Shown here piece by piece: positions 28,813-38,979 of a stretch of DNA of 59,402 nt; within the stretch, counting starts at the first letter, position 1; each line of letters begins with the position of its first letter. A program made the position numbers and the translations under genes. The stretch is taken from contig JBJMHS010000040.1 of NCBI GenBank assembly GCA_045807245.1, positions 1 through 59,402 on the forward strand, in the 5' to 3' direction. Below the pieces are notes generated by a model. That model searched no databases. It saw nothing but the letters and a program-made list of their open reading frames with translations, and had not been told where the DNA came from. The stretch comes from Actinomycetales bacterium (lineage in GTDB: Bacteria > Actinomycetota > Actinomycetes > Actinomycetales > CAVURS01).

Positions 28813-29187
28813 ATGAGTGAACGCCCGGTCGCCCCGGCGGGCTGGCCGCGCGAGGTCCGCCCGCCCGGAGCCCCGGGGTGGGAGCGGACCGCCGTTGCCT
28901 GGCTGCTCGACCTCGCTCCGCCGGAGTACCGCGGGTACGCCGTGCTGACCGGGCACCCGGTCGCGCTGAGTGTCGTCGTGGGACACCACGTCGAGGCTCA
29001 GCGGGCCGGTGCCCGCGCGGCCCTCGCGGGGGCCCGGCGCGAGGTGGCCGCCGCGCTCCCGCCGGAGGTGCTCGAGCGTCTGCTGGAGGTCCTCGCTCAG
29101 GAGGAGGCCCGGCTGGCCGCCGCGCACAGAGGTGTGGGTCTTGTGGAGCAAGCGTTGCGGGGCCGCCGCTTCGCTCCGCGGCTGTGA
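28813..29187 (+). CDS. Conserved actinobacterial hypothetical protein
   Basis: Compact ORF with GC-rich third positions; GWP.EVRPPG..GWE and WLLDLAPPEYR motifs. Confidence 0.7.
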   Translation: MSERPVAPAGWPREVRPPGAPGWERTAVAWLLDLAPPEYRGYAVLTGHPVALSVVVGHHVEAQRAGARAALAGARREVAAALPPEVLERLLEVLAQEEARLAAAHRGVGLVEQALRGRRFAPRL

Positions 29188-29262
29188 CCCGCCCCGCTTA
29201 GACTCGCTATCCGGTGCCCAGCCGGAGCACCGGGACCCGTGAGCAGAGGAGACAGTGCCGCG

Positions 29263-31170
29263 ATGGGGCTGCTGGAGACCATCAAGGCTCCGAGCGACCT
29301 TCGCTCGCTGACGACGGCCCAGCTGGACGAGCTGGCGGCTGAGATCCGCGGTTTCCTCATTGCCGAGGTCGCCCGCACCGGCGGCCACATCGGCCCGAAC
29401 CTCGGCGTGGTCGAGCTCACCCTGGCCATCCACCGCGTGTTCGACTCCCCGCGCGACACGGTCGTGTTCGACACCGGCCACCAGTCCTACGTGCACAAGC
29501 TCGTGACCGGCCGCCATGACTTCTCCCGGCTGCGCTCCAGCGGGGGACTGTCCGGCTACCCGAGCCGCCACGAGAGCGACCACGACGTCGTGGAGAACTC
29601 GCACGCGTCGACGTCGCTCTCCTGGGCCGACGGCATCGCGAAGGCGCGCCGCCTGGCCGGCGAGCGTGACCGCCATACCGTCGCCGTGATCGGCGACGGG
29701 GCGCTGACCGGCGGCATGGCGTGGGAGGCGCTCAACACCATCGCGGCCGACAAGGACCTACCGCTCGTGATCGTGGTCAACGACAACGAGCGCTCGTACG
29801 CCGAGACGGCCGGTGGCCTCGCGGAGCACCTGGCGACGCTGCGGACCACCCGTGGGTACGAGCGGTTTCTGTCCTGGGGCAAGCAGACGCTGAACCGGAC
29901 CCCGGTCGTCGGCGGCGCGATGTACGACGCGCTGCACGGGGTGAAGAAGGGGCTCAAGGACATCGTCGCGCCGCAGGGGATGTTCGAGGACCTGGGCCTG
30001 AAGTACGTCGGCCCGATCGACGGCCACGACATCGAGGCGCTCGAGCACGCGCTGCGCCGCGCTCGCGCGTACGGCAGCCCGGTGCTGGTGCACGTGCTGA
30101 CCGAGAAGGGGCGCGGCTACGAGCCGGCGCTGCAGGACGACGCCGACCGGTTCCACGCCGTCGGTGTGATCGATGCCGAGACCGGGCGACCGCTCCGCGC
30201 GGCCGGTGCGGACTGGACGTCGGTCTTCGCCGACGAGGTGCTGCGGATCGCGGGGGAGCGGCCGGACCTGGTCGGGATCACGGCGGCGATGCTGATCCCC
30301 ACCGGCTTGGACCGGTTCGCCGCGCGCTATCCGGACCGCGTGTTCGACGTCGGCATCGCGGAGCAGCACGCCGCCACGAGCGCTGCGGGCATGGCCTTCG
30401 CCGGCCTGCATCCCGTGGTAGCGGTCTATGCGACGTTCCTCAACCGGGCGTTCGACCAGGTGCTCATGGACGTGGCCCTCCACAAGGCCGGGGTGACGTT
30501 CGTCCTCGACCGGGCCGGAGTCACCGGCAACGACGGCGCCAGCCACAACGGCATGTGGGACATGTCCGTCCTGCAGGTCGTGCCCGGCCTGCGCCTGGCC
30601 GCACCACGCGACGGGCAGCGGCTGCGCGAGCAGCTGCGGACCGCGGTCCGGGTGGACGACGGCCCCACCGTGGTGCGCTACCCCAAGGGCGCAGTGCCGG
30701 ACGACCTTGCGGCGGTGGCCACGCGCGGCGACTGCGACCTGCTCACCCGGGACGGGGGCGAGGTGCTGCTCGTCTCGGTGGGCGCGATGGCCCACGGCTG
30801 CGTCGAGGCGGCCGCCCGCCTCGCCGACCACGGCATCTCGGCGACCGTGGCCGACCCGGGGTGGGTCATCCCGGTCCCGCCCGGCCTGGTCGAGCTCGCA
30901 CGCGGCCGGCGCCTGGTCGCCGTCGTCGAGGACAACGTGCGGGTGGCCGGGGTGGGCGCGGCGGTCGGCCAGCTCCTGCACGACGCAGGCCTCGATGTGC
31001 CGGTGCTGGCGCTGGGGATCCCGCGCGAGTTCCTGGGCCACGCCGCGCGGGCCCAGGTCTTGGCCGCGGTCGGGCTGACCGGCCAGGCCATCGCCCGTCA
31101 GGTCGCCGAGGCCTACGCGGGACGCGAGCTCCTGCTCGAGGACGCACCCCGCGCCGAGGACCGCACCTAG
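29263..31170 (+). CDS. dxs: 1-deoxy-D-xylulose-5-phosphate synthase
   Basis: [33 protein letters not shown] and DRAG. Confidence 0.97.
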   Translation: MGLLETIKAPSDLRSLTTAQLDELAAEIRGFLIAEVARTGGHIGPNLGVVELTLAIHRVFDSPRDTVVFDTGHQSYVHKLVTGRHDFSRLRSSGGLSGYPSRHESDHDVVENSHASTSLSWADGIAKARRLAGERDRHTVAVIGDGALTGGMAWEALNTIAADKDLPLVIVVNDNERSYAETAGGLAEHLATLRTTRGYERFLSWGKQTLNRTPVVGGAMYDALHGVKKGLKDIVAPQGMFEDLGLKYVGPIDGHDIEALEHALRRARAYGSPVLVHVLTEKGRGYEPALQDDADRFHAVGVIDAETGRPLRAAGADWTSVFADEVLRIAGERPDLVGITAAMLIPTGLDRFAARYPDRVFDVGIAEQHAATSAAGMAFAGLHPVVAVYATFLNRAFDQVLMDVALHKAGVTFVLDRAGVTGNDGASHNGMWDMSVLQVVPGLRLAAPRDGQRLREQLRTAVRVDDGPTVVRYPKGAVPDDLAAVATRGDCDLLTRDGGEVLLVSVGAMAHGCVEAAARLADHGISATVADPGWVIPVPPGLVELARGRRLVAVVEDNVRVAGVGAAVGQLLHDAGLDVPVLALGIPREFLGHAARAQVLAAVGLTGQAIARQVAEAYAGRELLLEDAPRAEDRT

Positions 31171-31180
31171 CCCACGGGCC

Positions 31181-31723
31181 TCAGAGGCTGAGCTCCCAGC
31201 GGACCTCGCCGTCCTCGACCACATCGGTACGACGCAGTCCCGCGGCAGCGGCGACAGAGGCCGACGCGGCGTGGTGCGGGTGGACGTGCGCGACGACCGT
31301 GCCGACGCGCGCACCCTCGCCGGCCCGCAGGTCGCGCAACCAGCCGACCAGACCGAGGGCCGCCTCACGCGCGAAACCCCTTGCTTGCCAAGGCGATCCG
31401 ATGATCCAGGCAACCTCGGCGATGAGGCCGCCGGCCGACGTACCCGCCATGTTCGTGAGGGTGGCCTGGACCGTACCCACCAGCTCGTCTTCCGCGCGGG
31501 ACCGGACGACCCAGTTCAACCAGGCAACGTCCACGTCAGCGGAACCGCCGACCAGGCGTTCGTAACGGGCGTGCAGGGCGTCCGCGGCCAACGGCTGGCC
31601 ACCGACGAACGCGTGCAGAGCTGGGTCCGCCAGCACCGCTGCCATCTCGGCCGCGTGGGTCACGGCCAGCGGCTCGAGATCCAGCCGAGAGGTCCGGATC
31701 GGCTCCGCCTGGACGGAGGTCAC
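31181..31723 (-). CDS. GNAT family N-acetyltransferase (RimJ/RimL type)
   Basis: TSRLDLEPL, WLNWVV, QARGFAREA and HPHHAAS. Confidence 0.85.
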   Translation of the reverse strand: MTSVQAEPIRTSRLDLEPLAVTHAAEMAAVLADPALHAFVGGQPLAADALHARYERLVGGSADVDVAWLNWVVRSRAEDELVGTVQATLTNMAGTSAGGLIAEVAWIIGSPWQARGFAREAALGLVGWLRDLRAGEGARVGTVVAHVHPHHAASASVAAAAGLRRTDVVEDGEVRWELSL

Positions 31724-31733
31724 GAGGTCGCGG

Positions 31734-32588
31734 TCAGGCGCCCGGCCAGGCGGGCTCGGCCGGAGCCGGGTCGCGCAGCACGATGGTGGTGAGGTCGCCA
31801 CCGGGCGTGGCCAGGCCGACCTCCTCCTCGGTGACGAGCAGCGGGCGCCAGAAGGCGCGGTCCACCTCGTCGGTCGCGGCCGCGGCGGCGGACACGAACG
31901 CGGGATCGATCCGGGCCAGGTCGAACCAGCCACGGCTGCGCATCGGCACGGCCACGGCGCGCAGGCCCGTGCCGTCGCTGCGCGCGAGGTGGGTGCGCAG
32001 GGCCTGCGAGCCCATCAACGTCACCACGTCGCAGCCGCCCATCGGTGCGATCAGACCGTTGCCGTCGCGCTCCAGGCGAGCCACGGTGAGCCGGCCCATC
32101 TCCTCGAGCCGGGAGCGCAGGGCCGGCCACCAGCCGTCGGTGCGCAGGCCGACGGCCTGCGCCAGAGCGGGCGGCAGGACCGACACGTAGTCGGGGTCGT
32201 CGCCCACCAGACCACGGATGCCGATGCCCAGGTCGATGACTCCGCCCAGCACCGGCTGCCGGACCCAGGCCGGACCGGGGTGCAGCGGATGCCCGCAGGG
32301 CAGGCCCAGCGGAACCGCCGTCTGCTCGGCCCGCCACTGGGCCATGGCACCGAGCTCGGCGAACAGCGCCCGGGTGCGCAGCCAGTCACGCAGGCGGGTC
32401 CGGGCCGGCTCGGACTCGGGGTCCACCGGGCCCACGGCCGTCGCGATCTCCTGCCAGCTCAAGGCGACCGTCTCGCCCTCGCCGGCCTCGAGCTGGATGC
32501 CGTGGGTGTCGGGCACCAGCGAGACGTCGTCGAGGACGCACACGGCCAGGACACCGCGGCGCAGTGCGAGGTTCGCGGCATCCGCCAT
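31734..32588 (-). CDS. Hypothetical protein of unknown family
   Basis: Good codon bias; TACGGT-N6-ATG leaderless start at 32588; 10 bp upstream of the GNAT gene. Confidence 0.75.
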   Translation of the reverse strand: MADAANLALRRGVLAVCVLDDVSLVPDTHGIQLEAGEGETVALSWQEIATAVGPVDPESEPARTRLRDWLRTRALFAELGAMAQWRAEQTAVPLGLPCGHPLHPGPAWVRQPVLGGVIDLGIGIRGLVGDDPDYVSVLPPALAQAVGLRTDGWWPALRSRLEEMGRLTVARLERDGNGLIAPMGGCDVVTLMGSQALRTHLARSDGTGLRAVAVPMRSRGWFDLARIDPAFVSAAAAATDEVDRAFWRPLLVTEEEVGLATPGGDLTTIVLRDPAPAEPAWPGA

Positions 32589-32748
32589 AGGGCGACCGTA
32601 GCGGTCAGCCCGCGCTCGCGTGGGCTCCGGACCGGTCCCACTCCGTTGGATGTCACGCAACCGGGGGAACGTCCGTCAGCGCGTAACGCCTTGATGCTGA
32701 TTGTGACCAAACCCGGCCGCCGTGAGGGTTCCCGGGTACCGTCCGCGT

Positions 32749-34209
32749 GTGTCGTTCGTCCCGGGGGACCCCTACTCCGCCGACCCTGCGCTCCTGGTCG
32801 GAACCGACGCCGAGCGGCGTCGGCCGCGCTGGCTGGTCCCCGTGGTCGCGAGCCTCGCGGTGGCCGGCCTCGCCCTCAGCGCGCTGAGCAGCTGGGCGAT
32901 CTGGCAGCTGCCCACCGGTCCGGCCGCCGCGGTCTCAGGGGTGCCCTCGTCCCGCCAGCCCACGAGCGAGACCGCCGTCGAGGCGGCGGTGCGGCAGATC
33001 CTCGTGCGGCGCGGGGCGGCCGTCCTCAGACACGACAAGGCCGGCTTCCTCGCCGACCTCGACCCGAGCCGGTCGAACCTGCGGGCCCAGCAAACCGCCA
33101 TCTACGACGGGTTGGCCAAGCTGGACTTCGCGCGGTTCAGCTACCGGCCCAACGGGTCGGCGTTCAACCCGGGCGGTCACGGGACAGGCAAGGCGGCGAC
33201 GACGCATATCGCGGGAGTCCTGGCGACGTACCAGCTCCAGGGGTACGACACGCGCCCGGTCGTGGAGGCCATGGCCGTGACGTTCGTCCAGCGTGACCAC
33301 CGCTGGTGGATCGCGTCGGACCGCGACGTCGACGACGAGCTGCCCGCGGCCGGGCATGCCGAGCCGTGGGACGACGGCCAGGTCGGAGTCGCGAAAGGCC
33401 GGCACAGCCTGGTCATCGGACAGGCGCGGGACGACGCGACGTTGCAGCGGGTCGCCGACGCCGTGGACCGGGCCGTGACGGCCGACCTCGTGTTCTGGCC
33501 GGCCGGCAACGGCCGCACCCGGTGGGCCGGCCGCGTCGTCGTGTACGTCCCCACCGAGCAGCGCGAGTTTACGTCGTTGTTCCGCGGCAGCAAGCAGACA
33601 GCCGACGGCGTCGTGGCCGTCGCCATCCCGGTCTACGACCACATGTACTTCGACGCGTACGGCAACGGGCACCCCTACGGCGAGGTGTCGGGGTCCCGAA
33701 TCATCATCAACCCCAAGTACTTCCGGCCGTCCTCGTCGTTCTTCGCCGTGACACTGCGGCACGAGGTCTCGCACGTCGCGGCCCAGCCGATCACCAGCCC
33801 GGGCACGCCGAGCTGGCTGGTGGAGGGCCTGGCGGAGTACGTCGGCTGGCGCCAGTCGGACCCGTCGCGCACGTTCTTCGCGCGCGGGGTGGACCGGCGT
33901 ACCGCCGAGCAGATCAACGCGCGCACCTTCCACCTGACGCTGCCGTCGTCGAGCACGTTCTACGTCGGCAGCTCGGCCACCATCGCGTCCCGCTACACCG
34001 CGGGCTTCCTGGTCTGCGCGTACATCCAGCACCGGTACGGCGAGAGCCGGCTCAAGACGTTCGCGACGAGGATGGATGCGGCCAAGACACCCAGCAAGGA
34101 GAGGGCCGTGCTCAAGTCCGCGCTGCAGAAGACGTTCGGCCTGTCGACGACCGGACTGCAGAACGGCGTCACCGCATGGATGCACGGGTTCACCGTCCGG
34201 CACCGGTGA
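32749..34209 (+). CDS. Membrane-anchored zinc metallopeptidase (peptidase MA-like/gluzincin)
   Basis: N-terminal TM helix; LRHEVSH (HExxH) followed by PSWLVEGLAEY; TACCGT-N6-GTG start. Confidence 0.8.
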   Translation: MSFVPGDPYSADPALLVGTDAERRRPRWLVPVVASLAVAGLALSALSSWAIWQLPTGPAAAVSGVPSSRQPTSETAVEAAVRQILVRRGAAVLRHDKAGFLADLDPSRSNLRAQQTAIYDGLAKLDFARFSYRPNGSAFNPGGHGTGKAATTHIAGVLATYQLQGYDTRPVVEAMAVTFVQRDHRWWIASDRDVDDELPAAGHAEPWDDGQVGVAKGRHSLVIGQARDDATLQRVADAVDRAVTADLVFWPAGNGRTRWAGRVVVYVPTEQREFTSLFRGSKQTADGVVAVAIPVYDHMYFDAYGNGHPYGEVSGSRIIINPKYFRPSSSFFAVTLRHEVSHVAAQPITSPGTPSWLVEGLAEYVGWRQSDPSRTFFARGVDRRTAEQINARTFHLTLPSSSTFYVGSSATIASRYTAGFLVCAYIQHRYGESRLKTFATRMDAAKTPSKERAVLKSALQKTFGLSTTGLQNGVTAWMHGFTVRHR

Positions 34210-34213
34210 GGCC

Positions 34214-36364
34214 TCAGCCCCCCAGCAGCGAGGCCACGCCGCGGGGGAGGAACCGCCCACCCGTGACCCGCTCGGACGTGCCGGTGCGGTCCAGGTACGG
34301 CGTGATGCCGCCGAGGTGGAACGGCCAGCCGGCACCCAGGATCAGGCACAGATCGATGTCCTGCGGCTCAGCCACGACGCCTTCGTCGAGCATCGTCCGG
34401 ATCTCCTGAGCCAGGGCGTCCAGAGCGCGACGGCGCAGCTCTTCAGCCGTCTGCGGCGCCTCGCCCTGCCTGATTAGTGCGCGGGTCTCGTCGTCGATGA
34501 ACGGGCGGCCCTGGTCGTCCCAGGAGTAGATGCCGGGCTGGCCGGCCTCGACGATCCGGGCCAGGTTGTCCGAGACGCCGAACCGGTCGGGGTAGGCCGC
34601 GTGCATGGTCTCGGCGACGTGCTGGGCCACTGCGGGGCCGACCAGCTGGAGCAGGACGAACGGGCTGAGCGGCAGGCCCAGCGGGGCGATCGCCGCCTCG
34701 GCCACGTCGTGGGGCGTGCCCTCGTCGACCGACGCCATGACCTCGCCCAGGAACCGCGTGAGCAGGCGGTTGACCACGAACGCCGGTGCGTCCTTGACCA
34801 GCACGCACGATTTGCGCAGAGCCTTGCCCACGGCGAAAGCCGTTGCGACAGTAGCATCATCGGTCTCCTGGCCCCGAACCACCTCGACCAGCGGGAGGAC
34901 GGCGACCGGGTTGAAGAAGTGGAAGCCCACCACCCGCTCGGGGTGCTCGAGGACCGAAGCCATCGCCGAGACGGAGAGGGACGACGTGTTCGTCGCCAAG
35001 ACGCACTCGGCCGAGACGACCTTCTCCACCTCCGCGAACACCTGCTGCTTGACCGAGAGCTCCTCGAAGACGGCCTCGATGACGAAGTCCGCGTCCGCGA
35101 ACGCCTCGCTCGAGGTCGCGCCGGTCACGAGGGTCTTGAGCCGGTTGGCCCGGTCCTGGCTGATCCGGCCCTTGCCGAGCAGCCCGTCGATCTCGCCGTG
35201 CACCCGGCTCACGCCGGCGTCGACCCGGTCCTGGTCGAGGTCCGTCATCACGACCGGCACCTCCAGGCGCTGCGCGAACAGCAGGGCCAGCTGGGACGCC
35301 ATCAAGCCGGCGCCGACGACACCGGCCATCGTCACCGGACGGGCCAGCCCGGCCTCGGGGACTCCGACCGGGCGCTTGGCCCGGCGCTGGACCAGGTCGA
35401 AGGCGTAGACGCCGCTGCGGAACTCCTCGCTGCAGATCAGGTCGGCGAGGGCTTCGTCCTCGGCCGCGAACGCCTCGTCGCGGGTGGCCGTTCGGGCGGC
35501 GGCGATCAGGTCGAGGGCCCGGTACGGCGCGGGTGCAGCGGCGTGCAGCCGGGCATCGAGCTGCGCGCGGGCCGCCACGACGGCGCCGTCCCAGGTCTCG
35601 GCGCTGCTGTCGACCTCGGCTCGGGTCACGTCCTGCTCACCGCGGACCACCCGGCCCGCCCACACCAGCGACTCCTCGAGGAAGTCGGCCGGCTCGAACA
35701 TGACGTCGGCCAGTCCGAGGGCAAGGGCCTGGGGCCCCTTGAGCATCCGGTTCTGGTTGAGCGGGTTCTCGACGATGACCTGCAGCGCCGTCGGGACGCC
35801 CACCAGCCGTGGCAGCAGGTACGCCCCGCCCCAGCCCGGCACGAGGCCGAGGAAGCACTCGGGCAGGGCCACTGCGGCCGCTCCGGAGGAGATGGTCCGA
35901 TAGGTGCAGTGCAGGGCCAGCTCGACGCCACCGCCCATGGCCGCGCCGTTGACGAAGGCGAACGATGGCACGCCGAGCTCACCCAGCCGGCGCAGCTGGT
36001 CATGTCCGGCGCGGGCGATCGCGAGCGCCTGGTCACGGGTGTGCAGCGAGCCCACGTCCTTGAGGTCCGCGCCGACCGCGAAGACGAACGGCTTGCCCGT
36101 CACCCCCACGGCCACGACCTGTCCGGAGCGGGCGCGCGCCTCGACGTCATCCAGAGCCGTCCGCAGGTTGACCAGGCCGCGCGCGCCGAAGGTCGTCGGT
36201 TTCGTGTGGTCGAACCCGTTGTCCAGGGTGATCAGCGCGAGCGTTCCCCCACCGCCGGGCAGCTGGACATCGCGCACGTGGAACGTCGTTATCCGCTCCT
36301 CCTGCGCGTGCGCCGCCAGCTCGTCCAGGCTCAACGACCGACCGGCCGGCGCGGTGCCGCTCAT
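34214..36364 (-). CDS. fadB: Fatty acid beta-oxidation multifunctional enzyme (enoyl-CoA hydratase/3-hydroxyacyl-CoA dehydrogenase)
   Basis: FAVGADL, MGGGVE, LPECFLG, GAGLMA, IEAVFE, TNTSSL and HFFNP; ATGA overlap with the thiolase. Confidence 0.93.
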   Translation of the reverse strand: MSGTAPAGRSLSLDELAAHAQEERITTFHVRDVQLPGGGGTLALITLDNGFDHTKPTTFGARGLVNLRTALDDVEARARSGQVVAVGVTGKPFVFAVGADLKDVGSLHTRDQALAIARAGHDQLRRLGELGVPSFAFVNGAAMGGGVELALHCTYRTISSGAAAVALPECFLGLVPGWGGAYLLPRLVGVPTALQVIVENPLNQNRMLKGPQALALGLADVMFEPADFLEESLVWAGRVVRGEQDVTRAEVDSSAETWDGAVVAARAQLDARLHAAAPAPYRALDLIAAARTATRDEAFAAEDEALADLICSEEFRSGVYAFDLVQRRAKRPVGVPEAGLARPVTMAGVVGAGLMASQLALLFAQRLEVPVVMTDLDQDRVDAGVSRVHGEIDGLLGKGRISQDRANRLKTLVTGATSSEAFADADFVIEAVFEELSVKQQVFAEVEKVVSAECVLATNTSSLSVSAMASVLEHPERVVGFHFFNPVAVLPLVEVVRGQETDDATVATAFAVGKALRKSCVLVKDAPAFVVNRLLTRFLGEVMASVDEGTPHDVAEAAIAPLGLPLSPFVLLQLVGPAVAQHVAETMHAAYPDRFGVSDNLARIVEAGQPGIYSWDDQGRPFIDDETRALIRQGEAPQTAEELRRRALDALAQEIRTMLDEGVVAEPQDIDLCLILGAGWPFHLGGITPYLDRTGTSERVTGGRFLPRGVASLLGG

Positions 36365-37581
36365 GCCGCCACCTCGGTCGCGCCGTACTCGGCGTGGTGC
36401 GGGTTCTCCCAGATCACCGCGCCGCCCATGCCGATGCCGACGCACATTGCGGTGAGCCCGTAGCGCACGTCGGGGCGCTCCTCGAACTGCCGGGCCAGCT
36501 GGGTCATCAGCCGCACACCCGAGCTGGCCAGCGGGTGGCCGACCGCGATGGCACCGCCGTACGGGTTCACCCGCGGGTCGTCGTCGGCCAGCCCGAAGTG
36601 GTCGAGGAACGCGAGCACCTGGACCGCGAACGCCTCGTTGATCTCGAACAGGCCGATGTCACCGATGGTCAGCCCGGCCCGGGCCAGCGCGCGCTCCGTG
36701 GCCGGGACCGGGCCGACGCCCATGACCTCCGGCTCGACGCCGGCGAAGGCGTAGCCGACGAGCCGCATCCGGACCGGAAGCCCGAGCTCGGCTGCGGTGT
36801 CGGCCGATGCGAGCAGGCACGCGGTGGCGCCGTCGTTGAGCCCGGCGCTGTTGCCCGCGGTGACCCGGCCGTGCGGGCGGAACGGCGTCTTCAGCGTCGC
36901 GAGGTCCCCGACCGTCGTACCGGGGCGCGGTGGCTCGTCCGCGCCCGCGAGCCCCCAGCCGGCGGCCTGGCTACGCGTCGCGACCGGCACGAGGTCCGGC
37001 TGGATCTTGCCGTCGACGTACGCCTGGGCCAGCTTGGCCTGGCTCGCGGCCGCGAACGCATCGGCCCGGTCCTTGGTCAGGTCCGGGTAGCGGTCGTGCA
37101 GGTTCTCGGCGGTCGAGCCCATGACAAGGGCGGAAGGGTCGACCAGCTTCTCCGCGACGATGCGCGGGTTCGGGTCGACACCCTCGCCCATGGGGTGGTG
37201 TCCCATGTGCTCGACGCCGCCGGCGATGACGACGTCGTAAGCGCCGAACGCGATGCCCGACGCCGTCGTCGTGACGGCCGTCATCGCCCCGGCGCACATG
37301 CGGTCGATGGCGAAGCCGGGCACGGACTTCGGCAGGCCGGACAGCAGCGCCGCGACCCGGCCGATGGTCAGGCCCTGGTCGCCGATCTGGGTCGTGGCCG
37401 CGATGGCCACGTCGTCCACCCGCTCCGGCGGCAGCTCAGGATGTCGCCGCAGCAGCTCGCGGATGCACTTGATGACCAGGTCGTCGGCCCGCGTCTCGGC
37501 GTACATCCCCTTCTCGCCGGCCTTGCCGAACGGCGTCCGGACGCCGTCGACGAACACGACATCGCGCAGGGCACGAGGCAC
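36361..37581 (-). CDS. fadA: Acetyl-CoA acyltransferase (thiolase)
   Basis: DRMCAG, NEAFA, GHPLASSG and MCVGIGMG. Confidence 0.95.
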   Translation of the reverse strand: MPRALRDVVFVDGVRTPFGKAGEKGMYAETRADDLVIKCIRELLRRHPELPPERVDDVAIAATTQIGDQGLTIGRVAALLSGLPKSVPGFAIDRMCAGAMTAVTTTASGIAFGAYDVVIAGGVEHMGHHPMGEGVDPNPRIVAEKLVDPSALVMGSTAENLHDRYPDLTKDRADAFAAASQAKLAQAYVDGKIQPDLVPVATRSQAAGWGLAGADEPPRPGTTVGDLATLKTPFRPHGRVTAGNSAGLNDGATACLLASADTAAELGLPVRMRLVGYAFAGVEPEVMGVGPVPATERALARAGLTIGDIGLFEINEAFAVQVLAFLDHFGLADDDPRVNPYGGAIAVGHPLASSGVRLMTQLARQFEERPDVRYGLTAMCVGIGMGGAVIWENPHHAEYGATEVAA

Positions 37582-37618
37582 GGAGAACCCCCAAAGGTGC
37601 GGGCGAGCTTGTGGTGAA

Positions 37619-37641
37619 ACCCTATGCTACTCGCCAGTAAC
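37619..37641 (-). promoter_or_regulatory. fadAB promoter: palindromic operator GTTACT-N4-AGTAGC next to a TAGGGT -10 box
   Basis: Plus strand GCTACTCGCCAGTAAC at 37626-37641; ACCCTA at 37619-37624. Confidence 0.65.
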
Positions 37642-38916
37642 AACCGCGACGCCTTGAGTGGCAGGCGCCACATCGGCGGCCAGGCTCCGGGTCAGGATGG
37701 GCGCCGCGAGCTCGACCTGCCACTCGCGGGCACCGAGCTCGCGCAGGGTCTGGGCCAGGGTCTGGAGGTCGTCGCCGGGTGGCGACCAGAGGATCCGGCG
37801 GACGCTGTCCGGGGAGACGATGTTCTCGACCGGCATGGCCAGGCTCTGGGCCAGCTGGGCCAGGTCGGCTCGCGCCGCGGTCAACCGGGCCGCAGCAGCC
37901 GGGTCCTTGTCCGGCCAGGACCGCGCCGGCGGCGGCGAGTCCGACGGCAGCGACTGGAGGGGCAGAGCGGCGTCGGGCAGCTTGCCGGCGGTCTGCAGCG
38001 CCTGCCACCAGGTGCGGGCGGCCCGGCGGGCCGGACCACCCCGGAAGCCGGGCAGGGCCAGCATCTGCTCCACCGAGGCGACCGGCGCGGTGGCCGCCGC
38101 CACGATCGCGGCGTCGGGCAGGATCCGCCCGGGGGAGGTGTCCCGGCGCTGCGCGAGCTGTTCGCGGGCCTGCCACAGCTCTCGGACGGCCGCGAGCTGG
38201 CGACGGTTGCGGACCCGGTGCATGCCCGACGTACGGCGCCACGGGTCCACCCGAGGAGGAGCCGGCTGGAAGTTCGCCAGCGCCGCGAACTCCTGCTCGG
38301 CCCAGGCCAGCTTGCCCTGCCGGACGAGCAGGCCGTGTACGGCGTCCCGCAGCGGCACCAGGACCTCGACGTCCAGGGCGGCGTACCGCAGCCACGGCTC
38401 GGGCAGCGGCCGGGTCGACCAGTCGACCGCGGAGTGCTCCTTGGCCAGGCCGAGGCCGAGCAGATCCTCGACGACCGACGCAAGGCCCACCTTGGCCAGA
38501 CCGGCCAGCCGGGCCCCGAGCTCGGTGTCGAACAGGCGGGTCGGGCGCATCCCGATCTCGGCCAGGCAGGGCAGGTCCTGGCTCGCCGCGTGCAGCACCC
38601 ACTCCGTCCCGGACAGGACGTCGGACAGCTCGTGCAGGTCCGGGCAGGCGATCGGGTCGATCAGCCACGTGCCGGCTCCGGACCGGCGCAGCTGCACCAG
38701 GTAGGCGCGCTGGCCGTAGCGGTAGCCCGACGCGCGCTCCGCGTCGACGGCGACCGGTCCGGTGCCGTTGCGCATCGCCTCGAGCGCCTGCAGGTAGGCA
38801 GCCTCGGTCTCGACGACGTCCGGCACGCCGTCGGCCGGATGCTCCAGCGGCGTCGGCGGCTCAGGTCGGGGGGTGTCGGTGACGGTGCCCGGTGTGGTCT
38901 CGGGGCCGTCAGTCAC
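37627..38916 (-). CDS. rnd: Ribonuclease D (DEDDy exonuclease plus HRDC)
   Basis: VAVDAERASG, LHAASQDL, FDTEL, DWSTRPL and YAALDVE. Start GTG 38916 after TACCGT-N7. Confidence 0.93.
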   Translation of the reverse strand: MTDGPETTPGTVTDTPRPEPPTPLEHPADGVPDVVETEAAYLQALEAMRNGTGPVAVDAERASGYRYGQRAYLVQLRRSGAGTWLIDPIACPDLHELSDVLSGTEWVLHAASQDLPCLAEIGMRPTRLFDTELGARLAGLAKVGLASVVEDLLGLGLAKEHSAVDWSTRPLPEPWLRYAALDVEVLVPLRDAVHGLLVRQGKLAWAEQEFAALANFQPAPPRVDPWRRTSGMHRVRNRRQLAAVRELWQAREQLAQRRDTSPGRILPDAAIVAAATAPVASVEQMLALPGFRGGPARRAARTWWQALQTAGKLPDAALPLQSLPSDSPPPARSWPDKDPAAAARLTAARADLAQLAQSLAMPVENIVSPDSVRRILWSPPGDDLQTLAQTLRELGAREWQVELAAPILTRSLAADVAPATQGVAVVTGE

Positions 38917-38979
38917 GGGGCTCACGGTACGGCGTCGGGCGCCGTCCCGCTGCGGCGGCTGCTCCGTCAGAGTGTCGGG

